A stretch of DNA of 62,357 nt, the filler included, from an uncultured Methanosarcinales archaeon (lineage in GTDB: Archaea; Nanobdellota; Nanobdellia; Woesearchaeales; CAYZNE01), in NCBI GenBank assembly GCA_964405295.1. It is 4 parts of 4 records of this genome, joined end to end, with 100 filler letters (N's around TTAATTAATTAA, not from the genome) between each part and the next. Parts side by side here need not be neighbours in the genome. Positions count along the whole stretch, not along the records: positions 1 to 20,514 come from CAYONI010000009.1; 3 more parts are not named here. One strand, 5' to 3'. The translations under genes and the position numbers were made by a program. Of this stretch, positions 1-9,974 are shown in pieces. Numbering within the stretch: the stretch's first letter is position 1; every line of letters starts with the position of its first letter. The notes beneath the pieces are model-generated. The model saw nothing but the letters and a program-made list of their open reading frames with translations, had not been told where the DNA came from and did no database searches.

Positions 1-53
1 AATACAAAAATTAATTATTGCATTTATAAACATTATTATTTACATAGAGCATA

Positions 54-488
54 TTATAGAGAATGAGCATCTATTTGTTTACTTTCTAGAACTTTCATTA
101 ATGCAGAAATATCTTTTTCTGAGATTATATCTTTGATTTCTTCACAAATATATATGAAATCATACTTTAATTTGTATTTCTTTAAAAGCATAATATTTTG
201 TTTTATTCTCTGAATTAAAAGCCCTGGATTTTTAGAATTAAGTAATTCGTTTAGATCAAAAAATATCTTTTTATCTTTTTCTTTTGCAAATTTACAGAAA
301 ACTTCATCTATTGCAGAATTTTTTTGTTTCATAAAATCTTGTAAATTTTCAATATGTATAATTAAGTTCTGTTTATTTCTAGAATTAGCATTATTCCTAT
401 TTGCTTCATATAATTTAATTTCTTTAGAATAATCTAATTTATTCTTTTTGCAAAATTCTTCTATTTCTTTAGCTTTAGCTATAATCAT
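54..488 (-). CDS. Short RNase P subunit p30 (Rpp30)-like protein
   Basis: IDEVFCKFAKEKDKKIFFDLNELL...IKQNIMLLKKYK resembles the C-terminal half of archaeal Rpp30; at 144 aa it is shorter than typical. Confidence 0.45.
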   Translation of the reverse strand: MIIAKAKEIEEFCKKNKLDYSKEIKLYEANRNNANSRNKQNLIIHIENLQDFMKQKNSAIDEVFCKFAKEKDKKIFFDLNELLNSKNPGLLIQRIKQNIMLLKKYKLKYDFIYICEEIKDIISEKDISALMKVLESKQIDAHSL

Positions 489-535
489 ATATTTTGATAG
501 TTGAATCTAATTTATAAAACTTATTCAGATGTTAA

Positions 536-696
536 TTACTTACAATGTAAGTAAAACTATATTAAATCAAAAAAACACAAATACCACCAAATATACTTAC
601 ATTGTAAGTATTTATTTATTATAATTAATGTATAATTAGTACGATTAATAAATCATAAATAATCAATATAAAGTTAAAATACTTATTATGTAAGTA
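536..696. promoter_or_regulatory. Three palindromic operator-like sites, TACTTACAWTGTAAGTA
   Basis: Copies at 536-554 (ttacttacaatgtaagtaa), 593-611 (atacttacattgtaagtat) and 680-696 (tacttattatgtaagta). Confidence 0.7.
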
Positions 697-802
697 AAAT
701 TACATTAAAACTTAGAAAAGAAGATATAAGAACCTATAATTTTAAAATAATCATCAATTTCAATTAACTTTAGATTAATCATTTAAAAAAATAAAATAAG
801 AA

Positions 803-1597
803 TTATTTCATACTTTTCCAAACAAGTTCAAACATTGAGTTCATAGCTTGGGCAAACATTTCAGTATTAACCCAAATTCCAACATCATAACTTGCATGAA
901 CAGCTTCATCATCAAGTAACATAAACATTAAATTATTTTGATCAACAACCATAAATCTTGCTTTGAAATTCTTAGCATGCTTTATTTCAGCAATACCTTT
1001 AAATTCTTTAGCAATATGTTTGTTAACTTTAGTAAGTGGTGCTAGAATCTTAATCTTTACACCTCTCTTTGCAGCTTTAGAAAGAGATTTCTTGAAAAAA
1101 TCATGTTTTCTTATAATACCTTGTTCTGTAGTACATAATATAATTTCTTTTTCTGCACTTCTAATCATCAAGTCAATATGATCATAAAGATTATCTCTTC
1201 CCTTAAATCGTCCTGTGATCTCAGTAGAATCAACCATCTCAATTCCATTGTTATGTAATAAAGATAATTCTTCTAATACATCAGATCCTTTAAGTTCATC
1301 AATAGAACCTAATTTTAATTTTGAATCTTCTCTTATTTTTTTCTTAACTCTCTCCAATACTTCAGATGGAGGTAGAGCAAGATATTTTATTGGTTTACCA
1401 ATTTTAGAAATTATAAACCCTTTTTTTTCAAGTGATTCTAAAACATCATATGTTCTAGATCTAGGAACATTAGCAATATCAGATAATTCACCAGCAGTTG
1501 AAACACCTCTTGAAAGAAGTGCAGTCCAAAGCTTTGCTTCGTAACTATTTAATCCAAAATCTTTAATCTTTTTTATGAATTCTTGTGTAACAATCAT
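803..1597 (-). CDS. trmB: TrmB family transcriptional regulator
   Basis: N-terminal wHTH GLNSYEAKLWTALL...AGELSDIANVPRSRTYDVLESLEKKG, followed by a PLD-like effector-binding domain. Confidence 0.9.
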   Translation of the reverse strand: MIVTQEFIKKIKDFGLNSYEAKLWTALLSRGVSTAGELSDIANVPRSRTYDVLESLEKKGFIISKIGKPIKYLALPPSEVLERVKKKIREDSKLKLGSIDELKGSDVLEELSLLHNNGIEMVDSTEITGRFKGRDNLYDHIDLMIRSAEKEIILCTTEQGIIRKHDFFKKSLSKAAKRGVKIKILAPLTKVNKHIAKEFKGIAEIKHAKNFKARFMVVDQNNLMFMLLDDEAVHASYDVGIWVNTEMFAQAMNSMFELVWKSMK

Positions 1598-1814
1598 TTT
1601 GTAATCACCTTGTCATTATTTATCAATAATATTAATATAACCCTAACCCCTTTTGTCTTAATAGAAAGGAAGACTCGAGACTTTATAAACATTTCTATTT
1701 TGAAACTATTGTATAGTAGTAAAAACTCGAAAATTTTCCTTAATACTCTGACACCTTGATTTCTACTAGAACTCTAATTTTGTCTGTGACTATTGAATTT
1801 TGCATTTTCAGCGC

Positions 1815-2242
1815 TTCATATGGAAAATTTACTTTTTGTTTTTTTCTCAAACTTTCTTAAAAAAAGTTTTCTTATTAATAAATGTTCATATATAAATATA
1901 TAATAATAATATAATAATATAATATAATATAATAATGGAAAAGAAAGAAAAAAAGAAAGAAGAAAAATGAATCAAAATAAAATAAAAAAATGTAAATAAT
2001 TTGAAAATAAAAGAAAAATTGAGAGTAAATGTAAAAGAATTTTAGAGTAGAAATCAAGGTGTTAGACTTAAAATAATGATATTTGAACTATAATAGTAGG
2101 GTATAAGTTTTTTATTTTGATTCATTATCTCCATATGAAATCATGGTGTGAGAGTGTAATACCTAAAATGCCACTACATAGCTTGTACAAGATATATTCT
2201 ATAGTATTAAGATATTTATAAACCTATGTTTCATATGGAAAA
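1815..2242. other. Probable replication origin (oriC): ORB-like boxes flanking an AT-rich unwinding element
   Basis: TCCATATGAA(A) core at 1815-1827 (-), 2130-2140 (+) and 2228-2242 (-); very AT-rich tract at about 1875-1990; lies directly upstream of cdc6. Confidence 0.7.
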
Positions 2243-2296
2243 CTATTTAAATAAGTTGTATTTTGAATATAATATAATAATTGTGAGTTGATACAT

Positions 2297-3502
2297 ATGG
2301 CAAAAGACTTAACTGGACTGTTTGAAAAGTTTCTTGATAAAAAATCTCTATTTCAAAATAAAGAAGCATTACAATCTAAATATACTCCAGATGATATAAT
2401 GCACAGAGATGAACAAATAAATTATATTGCACAAATTCTTGCTCCTGCACTTAGAATGGAAAAACCATCTAATCTATTTGTTTATGGTAAAACAGGAACA
2501 GGAAAAACTTTGAGTATAAGATTTACAACAAATCAAATGCTTGATATGGCTAAAAAGAAAAATATTCCTTTAGACATTCTTTATGTTAACTGTAAACTAA
2601 AAAAAGTTGTAGATACAGAATATAGATTAATAGCAGAACTTGCAAGACATTTTGGAAAAGATATACCTGCAACAGGATTACCAACAGATGAAGTATATAA
2701 TATATTTTACAAAGCAATAGATTCTAAAAAAAGATTGTTTATTATTATTCTTGATGAGATTGATCAACTTGTAAAAAAAGTTGGTGATGAAATAATATAT
2801 AATCTTACTAGAATAAATGGTGAATTAGAAAATGCACAATTATCTTTAATAGGAATTTCTAATGATTTAATATTTGCAGATAATCTTGATCCAAGAGTAA
2901 AAAGTTCATTAAGTGAAGAAGAACTTGTCTTTCCACCTTATAATGCATTACAAATACGAGATATTCTAAGAAAAAGATCAGAAGTTGCATTCAAAAAAGG
3001 GGTTGTTGAATCAGGAGTAATAGAAAAGTGTTCAGCCTATGCTGCAAGAGAACATGGTGATGCAAGAAGAGCATTGGAATTGTTAAGAGTTGCAGGTGAA
3101 ATTTCTGAAAGAACTGATTTAACTACTATTAATTTAAATTGTTTAGATACTGCTGAAGAAAAAATTGAGAAAGATAGGGTGTTTGATATAATTAAAACAC
3201 AACCAAAACAATTCCAAGCAGTTATTTATAGTATTTTTGCAATGAAAGAGGGTGGTAATAAAAGTATTTTTACAGGTGAAATCTATGAATACTATAAAGA
3301 TCTCTGTATAAAGATAAATTTAAGACCACTTACACAAAGAAGAGTGAGTGATGTTATAGCAGAACTTGATATGCTAGGAATAGTGAATGCAAAGGTTATT
3401 AGTAAAGGTAGATATGGTAGAACAAGAGAAATAACTTTAACTATACCTAAATTGGTTAAACCAAAAATAATTGAGATGCTTATTGATGAATTGAATATCT
3501 AA
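2297..3502 (+). CDS. cdc6: Orc1/Cdc6 replication initiator
   Basis: Walker A YGKTGTGKT, Walker B ILDEID, GDARRALELLR, C-terminal wHTH SKGRYGRTR; ATG at 2297 preferred to TTG at 2288. Confidence 0.97.
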   Translation: MAKDLTGLFEKFLDKKSLFQNKEALQSKYTPDDIMHRDEQINYIAQILAPALRMEKPSNLFVYGKTGTGKTLSIRFTTNQMLDMAKKKNIPLDILYVNCKLKKVVDTEYRLIAELARHFGKDIPATGLPTDEVYNIFYKAIDSKKRLFIIILDEIDQLVKKVGDEIIYNLTRINGELENAQLSLIGISNDLIFADNLDPRVKSSLSEEELVFPPYNALQIRDILRKRSEVAFKKGVVESGVIEKCSAYAAREHGDARRALELLRVAGEISERTDLTTINLNCLDTAEEKIEKDRVFDIIKTQPKQFQAVIYSIFAMKEGGNKSIFTGEIYEYYKDLCIKINLRPLTQRRVSDVIAELDMLGIVNAKVISKGRYGRTREITLTIPKLVKPKIIEMLIDELNI

Positions 3503-3519
3503 TTTATAATTCTCATAAA

Positions 3520-4935
3520 ATGCTGTCAGAAAAAGAAATACTTGAAAATTTAGAAAAAGGTGTTTTTATTAATCCTGATACTGATGAGGTTATTATTAAT
3601 AAATTACAAGTAAATGATGATCAAGAAGATCTATTAACTGAATTTGGAGTGGAGTTTTTAAAAAAATATCAAGATGTATTTAAAAAAAGAAACTATACTG
3701 ATTTTTTTAAACATTTTTTAATAAGATATAGAAATACAGAATCTTTATTAAAAACAAGACAAGAATTAAGAAATCTTACTTCTATTTCTAGATTAGAAAA
3801 TAAAATGGAAAAAGATAATATTTCTGTTATAGCAATGGTTAAAGAAAAATCAGAAACTAAAAAAGGGAATATTATACTAACTGTTGAAGATCCAACTGGT
3901 GAAATAAAAGTTTTAGTAACTCCAAGAAATAAAAAATTATACAATTTTGCAAAAGATATAGTTTTAGATGAGGTTCTTGGAATTAGTGGAGTTATGGGTA
4001 CAAATATTATTTTTTCTAATTCAATTATTTGCCCTGATATTCCTATTACACATGAATTAAAAAAGCATCCTGAAGAAATATATGCTGCATTTATTGGCGA
4101 TCTTCATTTCGGTTCAAGAGTTTTTTTAGAAGAAGAATTTACAAAAATGTTATCTTGGATAAGGGGAGAATTAGGTTCAGATAAACAAAGAGAAATGGCA
4201 AAAAAAATTAAATATATTTTTATGACTGGAGATTTAGTTGAAGGAATGGGTATTTATCCAGGCCAAGAAAAAGATATTGATGAAAAATACCATAACATAA
4301 AAAAACAGTATGAAGTCGTTGCTTCTTGGCTTAAAAAAATACCAAAAGATAAAATAGTTATTGTTTGTCCTGGAAACCATGATTATGGTAGAATGGCAGA
4401 GCCACAACTTCCATTAACAAATGAGTATTCTGCACCCTTATCAAAATTAAAGAATGTTGTTCAAGTTTCAAATCCTTCTTTTATTAATTTTGCAAAAACT
4501 GAAAGTTTTCCTGGTTTTAATTTAATTTTATATCATGGAGGATCACTAATTTATTATAGTGAAAATGTTCCTTCTATTAGACAAGCAGGTGGACAAAAAG
4601 TAGTAAATCAAACAATGAAATTTTTATTACAAAGAAGACATCTTGCACCAACACATGGTTCAACATTGTATATCCCTGATCCTGAGAAGGATTTTCTTTT
4701 TATAGATACTATACCTGATTTTTTTATTACAGGTCATATTCACAGAGCAAATGTTGATTCGTATAGAAATATAACAACAATAAATGCTTCTTGTTGGACA
4801 GGTAAAACAGAAAATCAAGTAAAAAGAGGACTTGAAAATCAACCAGCAAAACTTCCTATAGTAAATCTTCACACAAGACAAGTAAAGATAATCAATTTTT
4901 TATCTGAAGAGCATAAGGGGGTTATGAAAAAATAA
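3520..4935 (+). CDS. polB: DNA polymerase D small subunit DP1 (proofreading exonuclease)
   Basis: OB fold (VEDPTGEIKV) plus calcineurin-like motifs GDLHFGS, GDLVEG, PGNHD, YHG, HLAPTHG, GHIH. Confidence 0.95.
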   Translation: MLSEKEILENLEKGVFINPDTDEVIINKLQVNDDQEDLLTEFGVEFLKKYQDVFKKRNYTDFFKHFLIRYRNTESLLKTRQELRNLTSISRLENKMEKDNISVIAMVKEKSETKKGNIILTVEDPTGEIKVLVTPRNKKLYNFAKDIVLDEVLGISGVMGTNIIFSNSIICPDIPITHELKKHPEEIYAAFIGDLHFGSRVFLEEEFTKMLSWIRGELGSDKQREMAKKIKYIFMTGDLVEGMGIYPGQEKDIDEKYHNIKKQYEVVASWLKKIPKDKIVIVCPGNHDYGRMAEPQLPLTNEYSAPLSKLKNVVQVSNPSFINFAKTESFPGFNLILYHGGSLIYYSENVPSIRQAGGQKVVNQTMKFLLQRRHLAPTHGSTLYIPDPEKDFLFIDTIPDFFITGHIHRANVDSYRNITTINASCWTGKTENQVKRGLENQPAKLPIVNLHTRQVKIINFLSEEHKGVMKK

Positions 4936-4936
4936 A

Positions 4937-7900
4937 ATGACACTCACTTGCTCAAAACAAATGCAGAAATATTTTGATTCTTTAGTTAAATATACAAATA
5001 ATGCATATAAGTTAGCACAAGAGTGTAGAAAACAGGGTTATGATCCAAAAGATTATGTTGAAATTTCACTTGCAAAAAATGCTGCAGAAAGAGTTGTTGG
5101 ATTAATAAGTATTATTGCACCACAAATAAAAAATTCTAGTGTTTCAAAAAGGATAGTTGAATTAGAAAAAAAATATGGTGTTTCTGATTGGAGAGTTGCT
5201 TTTATAGTTGCGCATGAAATTGCACAGCAAAAACATTGTAAGTTTAAAGATGAATTAGAAGCAATTGGAATTGGTATTAGAACAGGTTTTGCTTATGTAA
5301 CTCAAGGAATTGTTTCAAGTCCACTTGAAGGATTAAGTAAAATAGAACTAGTTGATAGGCAAGATGGTCAAGGAAAATATTTTAGATTGAGTTATGCCGG
5401 ACCAATAAGGAGTGCTGGTGGAACAATGGGTGCAGTTTCTGCTCTTATAGCTGATTATGTCAGAAAAAAAATGGGTTACGCTGCATACGATCCAACTGAA
5501 AAAGAAGCTAATAGAATTTTTGCTGAATGGGAAGATTATAATAGCTATGTTACTAACCTTCAATATTTTCCTTCTAAAGAAGAAGCTATATTTTTAGGTA
5601 AAAATATTCCTGTTCAGTTAATTGGTGAACCCTCGGAAAGGTATGAATTAAGTAGTGCATTACTTAAGGATTTACCAAGAGTTCCAACAAATGTTTTAAG
5701 TTCTGGTTTTTCTTTAATAACTGCTGAATGTATTTCTTTAAAAGCGCCAAAACTTTGGAAACAATTATCTAAATGGGGTAAAGAATTTGGTATGGAGCAA
5801 TGGGATTTTTTAGAGGAATTTATTAAAATACAAAAAAAATCTAAGGCCCAAGGTCAAAAAGCTGAGTTGTATAGTTCTGAAAAAATAACACCTGACTTTA
5901 CTTATGTAAAAGACATTGTTGCAGGAAGACCTGTTCTTGGTTATCCTATGAAACCAGGTGCATTTAGATTAAGATATGGTCGTGCAAGAGTTTCTGGGTA
6001 TTCTGCACAATGTGTTAGTCCTGCATCCATGCAAGTTTTAAATGGGTTTGTTGCATTAGGAACTCAACTTAAAGTTGAAAGACCAGGTAAGGGAACTGCG
6101 GTTATGTCAACAGATTACATTGATGGTCCTATTGTAAAATTAAAAGATGGTTCTGTTTTATTTTTAGAAACTGAAGAACAGGCAAAAGAAGCAAATAAAG
6201 ATGTTGAAGAAATTTTATTTAATGGGGATATTTTAATTAATTATGGTGATTTCTTAGATAGGGCCCATATACTTCCACCTGCAGGTTATTGTCAGGAATT
6301 TTGGATATTAGAGTTTGAAAAAAAAGCAATAGAATTATTTGGTTCTGTAGATTTTGATAAACTTTCTGATTTATTAGATATTCCTGCAAAGTCTTTAAAA
6401 AAATTATTTACTAATCCAATTAAAACAAAGATAAGTGCAAGAGCATCATTTAAAATTTCTAGGATTTTAGGAATACCTTTACATCCAAGATATGATTTTT
6501 ATTGGTCGACAATTTCAAAAGATGATTTAATAAATCTTTTTAGTTTAATACAAAAGTTGAGAATTGAAGAAGATGATTCTAAGGAAATAAAATCTGTTAT
6601 TTTCTCTTTAGTTGATAAATCTTTTATGAAAGGTAAAAGAACTTTAGAAATATTGGGTGTTCCCCATTTATTTATCAATAATGAATATGTTGTATTGGAT
6701 AAACATTATGGTTATACTTTATTAGAGATTCTAAATATTTCTTCAAAAGAAGATTATGTGCTTTTGTTAAAGCAACTTGCTAAAGAGCCAGATGAAGGTT
6801 TTTCTCCTTTAAAATTTATTAATAAAATTTCTAATGTTTTTTTGAGAGATAAAGCAGGAATTTTTATTGGTTCAAGAATGGGAAGGCCTGAAAAAGCAAA
6901 AATGAGAAAATTAAAGGGGACTCCACATGGACTTTTCCCAATTGGTAAAGAAGGAGGAAAACTTAGAAGTTTTCAGGCTGCAGTAAAAAATAAAAAAGTA
7001 ACTGCAGAATTCCATATTTTTTGGTGTGATACATGTAAAAGAGAAACTATTTTTGGTGTTTGTGAAAAATGTGGTAAGAAATGTAAAACTTTTGATTTAG
7101 ACGCTAAAGATGAAGAAAAGAAAAAATTTCCTGAAACATTTAAGCCTGTTAAAAAATCACAAATACCTATAGGTGAATATATTGAGGCATTCAGAAAAAA
7201 AATAGGTTTCAGAGTGATACCTGATTTAATAAAAGGTGTAAGAGGAACTTTTCACAATGATCATTATTGTGAGCATATTACTAAAGCATTATTGAGAGCC
7301 AAGCACAAAATTTATGTTAATAAAGATGGAACAACAAGATATGATTGTTCTGAAATGTCATTAACACATTTTAAGTCAAAAGAAATTATGGTTTCTGTAG
7401 AAAAATTAATTGAGTTAGGTTATGAAAAAGATATTTATGGTAAGCCCTTAGTTGATAATGAACAAATATTAGAATTAAAAGCTCAAGATATTGTAATACC
7501 TGCATGTCCCGACTCTCCTGAAGATGAGAGTAATAAGGTTTTGTTTAAGGTTGCAAATTTTATTGATGAATTAATGAAAAAATTATACAATGTCAAACCT
7601 TTTTACAATTTAAAAGATATGGATGATTTAGTTGGTCACTTAATTGTTGGTTTAGCACCACATACTTCTGCAGGAATTGTTGGAAGAATAATTGGTTTTA
7701 GTAAAACTCAAACTTTCTTAGCACATCCACTTTATCATGCTGCAATGAGAAGGGATTGTGATGGCGATGAATCTTGTTTTTTATTATTAATGGATGCATT
7801 ACTTAATTTTTCTGTAAAGTATCTCCCAACTTCAAGGGGATCAACACAAGATGCTCCTTTGGTTTTGACTACTTTATTGGATCCATCTGAAGTTGATGAT

Positions 7901-8506
7901 ATGGCATTTAATGTTGATAGGGTATCAAAATATCCTCTTGAATTTTATATGGCCACATTAGAATATAAATATCCCTGGGATGTAAAGATAGAAACAATAA
8001 ATGACGTTTTAGGAACACCACAACAATTTGAGGGAATGATGTTTACCCATGATTCCACTAATATTAATGATGGCGTTTTGTGTTCTTCATATAAAATTTT
8101 ACCAACAATGCAAGAAAAATTAAATGAACAGCTTAATCTTGCAAAAAAAATCAGAGCTGTTGATGAAATGCTTGTTGCGAAACTCGTTATTGAAAAACAT
8201 TTTATTAGAGACACAAAAGGTAATCTAAGAAAGTTTTCTATGCAAATGTTTAGATGTGCAAATTGTAATGCTAAGTTTAGAAGGCCACCATTGAGGTTTA
8301 AGTGCCCTGTTTGTAAAACAGGTAAGATAATATTTACCATAAGTGAAGGTTCTGTAATAAAGTATCTTGGCTCTTCTTTGAGACTTGCTGAAGAATATAA
8401 TGTTCCACTTTACCTAAAAGAAACCTTAAATCTTTTGCAACTCCGAGTTGAAGATGTATTTGGAAAAGAAAAGGAGAAGCAGACTGGTTTGGCTGATTTT
8501 GAGTAG
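4937..8506 (+). CDS. polC: DNA polymerase D large subunit DP2
   Basis: YAGPIRSAGGT, FRLRYGRAR, RMGRPEKAK, catalytic RRDCDGDE, C-terminal Zn finger and PIP-like QTGLADF. Confidence 0.97.
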   Translation: MTLTCSKQMQKYFDSLVKYTNNAYKLAQECRKQGYDPKDYVEISLAKNAAERVVGLISIIAPQIKNSSVSKRIVELEKKYGVSDWRVAFIVAHEIAQQKHCKFKDELEAIGIGIRTGFAYVTQGIVSSPLEGLSKIELVDRQDGQGKYFRLSYAGPIRSAGGTMGAVSALIADYVRKKMGYAAYDPTEKEANRIFAEWEDYNSYVTNLQYFPSKEEAIFLGKNIPVQLIGEPSERYELSSALLKDLPRVPTNVLSSGFSLITAECISLKAPKLWKQLSKWGKEFGMEQWDFLEEFIKIQKKSKAQGQKAELYSSEKITPDFTYVKDIVAGRPVLGYPMKPGAFRLRYGRARVSGYSAQCVSPASMQVLNGFVALGTQLKVERPGKGTAVMSTDYIDGPIVKLKDGSVLFLETEEQAKEANKDVEEILFNGDILINYGDFLDRAHILPPAGYCQEFWILEFEKKAIELFGSVDFDKLSDLLDIPAKSLKKLFTNPIKTKISARASFKISRILGIPLHPRYDFYWSTISKDDLINLFSLIQKLRIEEDDSKEIKSVIFSLVDKSFMKGKRTLEILGVPHLFINNEYVVLDKHYGYTLLEILNISSKEDYVLLLKQLAKEPDEGFSPLKFINKISNVFLRDKAGIFIGSRMGRPEKAKMRKLKGTPHGLFPIGKEGGKLRSFQAAVKNKKVTAEFHIFWCDTCKRETIFGVCEKCGKKCKTFDLDAKDEEKKKFPETFKPVKKSQIPIGEYIEAFRKKIGFRVIPDLIKGVRGTFHNDHYCEHITKALLRAKHKIYVNKDGTTRYDCSEMSLTHFKSKEIMVSVEKLIELGYEKDIYGKPLVDNEQILELKAQDIVIPACPDSPEDESNKVLFKVANFIDELMKKLYNVKPFYNLKDMDDLVGHLIVGLAPHTSAGIVGRIIGFSKTQTFLAHPLYHAAMRRDCDGDESCFLLLMDALLNFSVKYLPTSRGSTQDAPLVLTTLLDPSEVDDMAFNVDRVSKYPLEFYMATLEYKYPWDVKIETINDVLGTPQQFEGMMFTHDSTNINDGVLCSSYKILPTMQEKLNEQLNLAKKIRAVDEMLVAKLVIEKHFIRDTKGNLRKFSMQMFRCANCNAKFRRPPLRFKCPVCKTGKIIFTISEGSVIKYLGSSLRLAEEYNVPLYLKETLNLLQLRVEDVFGKEKEKQTGLADFE

Positions 8507-8576
8507 TATCTTTTTGCAAGCTCAGAAATCTTTTGATTTTTGTTGTATTTGGAAAAGAAAAGGAAAAGCAGACTGG
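8455..8576 (+). repeat. Direct repeat of the polC 3' end
   Basis: tgtatttggaaaagaaaagga(g/a)aagcagactgg at 8455-8487 and 8544-8576, 32 of 33 identical. Confidence 0.9.
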
Positions 8577-8614
8577 ATTAAATGAGTTTTATACTTAGAT
8601 TTCTTTAATAAAAA

Positions 8615-9043
8615 TTAAATCCTATATTGTATAGTATATTTAGCACCGCATGCCTGGCATGTTAAGAAAGTAAGGTTATTCTCTTTAATGAGTTTTGTTT
8701 CAGGCTTGCCACATTCTTTACATGTAACAAATGTATCTGCATATTTTTGAATTTTTTCATTAATTTTTGCTGATGATAACTTATTGTTAAATAATACAGA
8801 AGTATTTTTTACATCTGCTTTTGTAGCTAATTCTTTAAGTAAAAACTTTAATACATGATCTTCATTTCTATCTAATACTTTGACAATTTGGAAGAAATTT
8901 GAAATGATTGTTTTAGTTCCTTGTAAATGCCCCTTTACTTTAGGTATTTCTAATCTTTCTGTAACACTAATTTCTTCTGGTATTAATGATTTCGCTCTAT
9001 CTAATAAAGAATCATAGTCATTTGTTTTATTTTTTTTAACCAT
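8615..9043 (-). CDS. eif2b: Translation initiation factor aIF-2 beta subunit
   Basis: YDSLLDRA, RLEIP, HVLKFLLKELAT, Zn ribbon CKECGKPET...CQACGA. Confidence 0.95.
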   Translation of the reverse strand: MVKKNKTNDYDSLLDRAKSLIPEEISVTERLEIPKVKGHLQGTKTIISNFFQIVKVLDRNEDHVLKFLLKELATKADVKNTSVLFNNKLSSAKINEKIQKYADTFVTCKECGKPETKLIKENNLTFLTCQACGAKYTIQYRI

Positions 9044-9220
9044 GACTTATCAAAAAATCAAATACTTTATAAAGTTTTTTTAGAAAAAAGCACTTTTTAC
9101 TTAGTTATAGTAAATTTTCTCCTCTAATACTCGACTAAAAAATCAAAACATTTAAGAATGGAATATACAATAATTAGGATTAACTCGTATTTTATCTCGA
9201 GAAACCGAGGGGTTTAGATA

Positions 9221-9843
9221 ATGGCAAAAAAAGTAAAGAAGGTAGGCGTTAAAAAAGTAAAAGGATACCTATACTTCGTAGATAAAAAAGGTAATGTAGC
9301 TAGGGCAACAATGGCTCGTGGTGGTAAGGTAAAAGGAAAAAAGAAAATTGAAGTTGTGGCAAAAGTAAGTGTTAAAAAAGAAAAAGGATACCTATACTTC
9401 ATAGACAAACAAGGCGACATTTCTTGTGCTAAAATGGCACGTGGCGGTCATAAGAAAAAGAAAAAGAAAGTAGTTAAGAAAAAGGCTGTTAAAAAGAAGA
9501 AAAAAGTAGTTAAGAGAAAAGCTACTAAAAAGAAAGTAGTTAAGAAAAAGAAAAAAGTTGTAAAGAAGAAAGCTACTAAAAAGAAGAAAAAAGTAGTTAA
9601 GAGAAAAGCTACTAAAAAGAAAGTAGTTAAGNNNNNNNNNNNNNNNNNNNNNNNNNNNNNNNNNNNNNNNNNNNNNNNNNNNNNNNNNNNNNNNNNNNNN
9701 NNNNNNNNNNNNNNNNNNNNNNNNNNNNNNNTAAAAAGAAGAAAAAAGTAGTTAAGAGAAAAGCTACTAAAAAGAAAGTAGTTAAGAAAAAGAAAAAAGT
9801 TGTAAAGAAAAAAGCTACTAAAAAGAAAAAGAAAAGAAGATAA
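9221..9843 (+). CDS. Highly basic protein: duplicated N-terminal module plus histone H1-like Lys-rich tail (spans an assembly gap)
   Basis: Two copies of K(V/E)KGYLYF(V/I)DKxG...A(T/K)MARGG, then KKKVVKRKATKKK repeats; after the gap the repeat frame runs from 9733 to TAA at 9841-9843. Confidence 0.75.
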
Positions 9844-9974
9844 TTAACTATTTTTTTATTTGCTTTAGCGGTGCCAATAACACTTGTTATTGTGCATTTT
9901 ATTTTTTTATACTAATTCTTATCACTGGACAATCTTAAATAACTTATATAAATGAATTAGAAGGTTCTATCTGT

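Noticed and set aside
1875..2057. 60-aa Phe/Tyr/Ile-rich ORF
   Set aside because: Low-complexity translation of the AT-rich origin tract.
8509..8598. Programmed readthrough or frameshift extending DP2 into the second PIP box, or a DGR template repeat
   Set aside because: The second copy is out of frame with a TGA at 8500-8502 in that frame, there is no clear slippery site, and no reverse transcriptase is present.
9632..9786. Apparent stop at 9751 and frameshift in the Lys-rich gene
   Set aside because: Caused by a 100-N scaffold gap with identical 55-nt flanks, which looks like an assembler k-mer overlap; the repeat frame continues to 9843.
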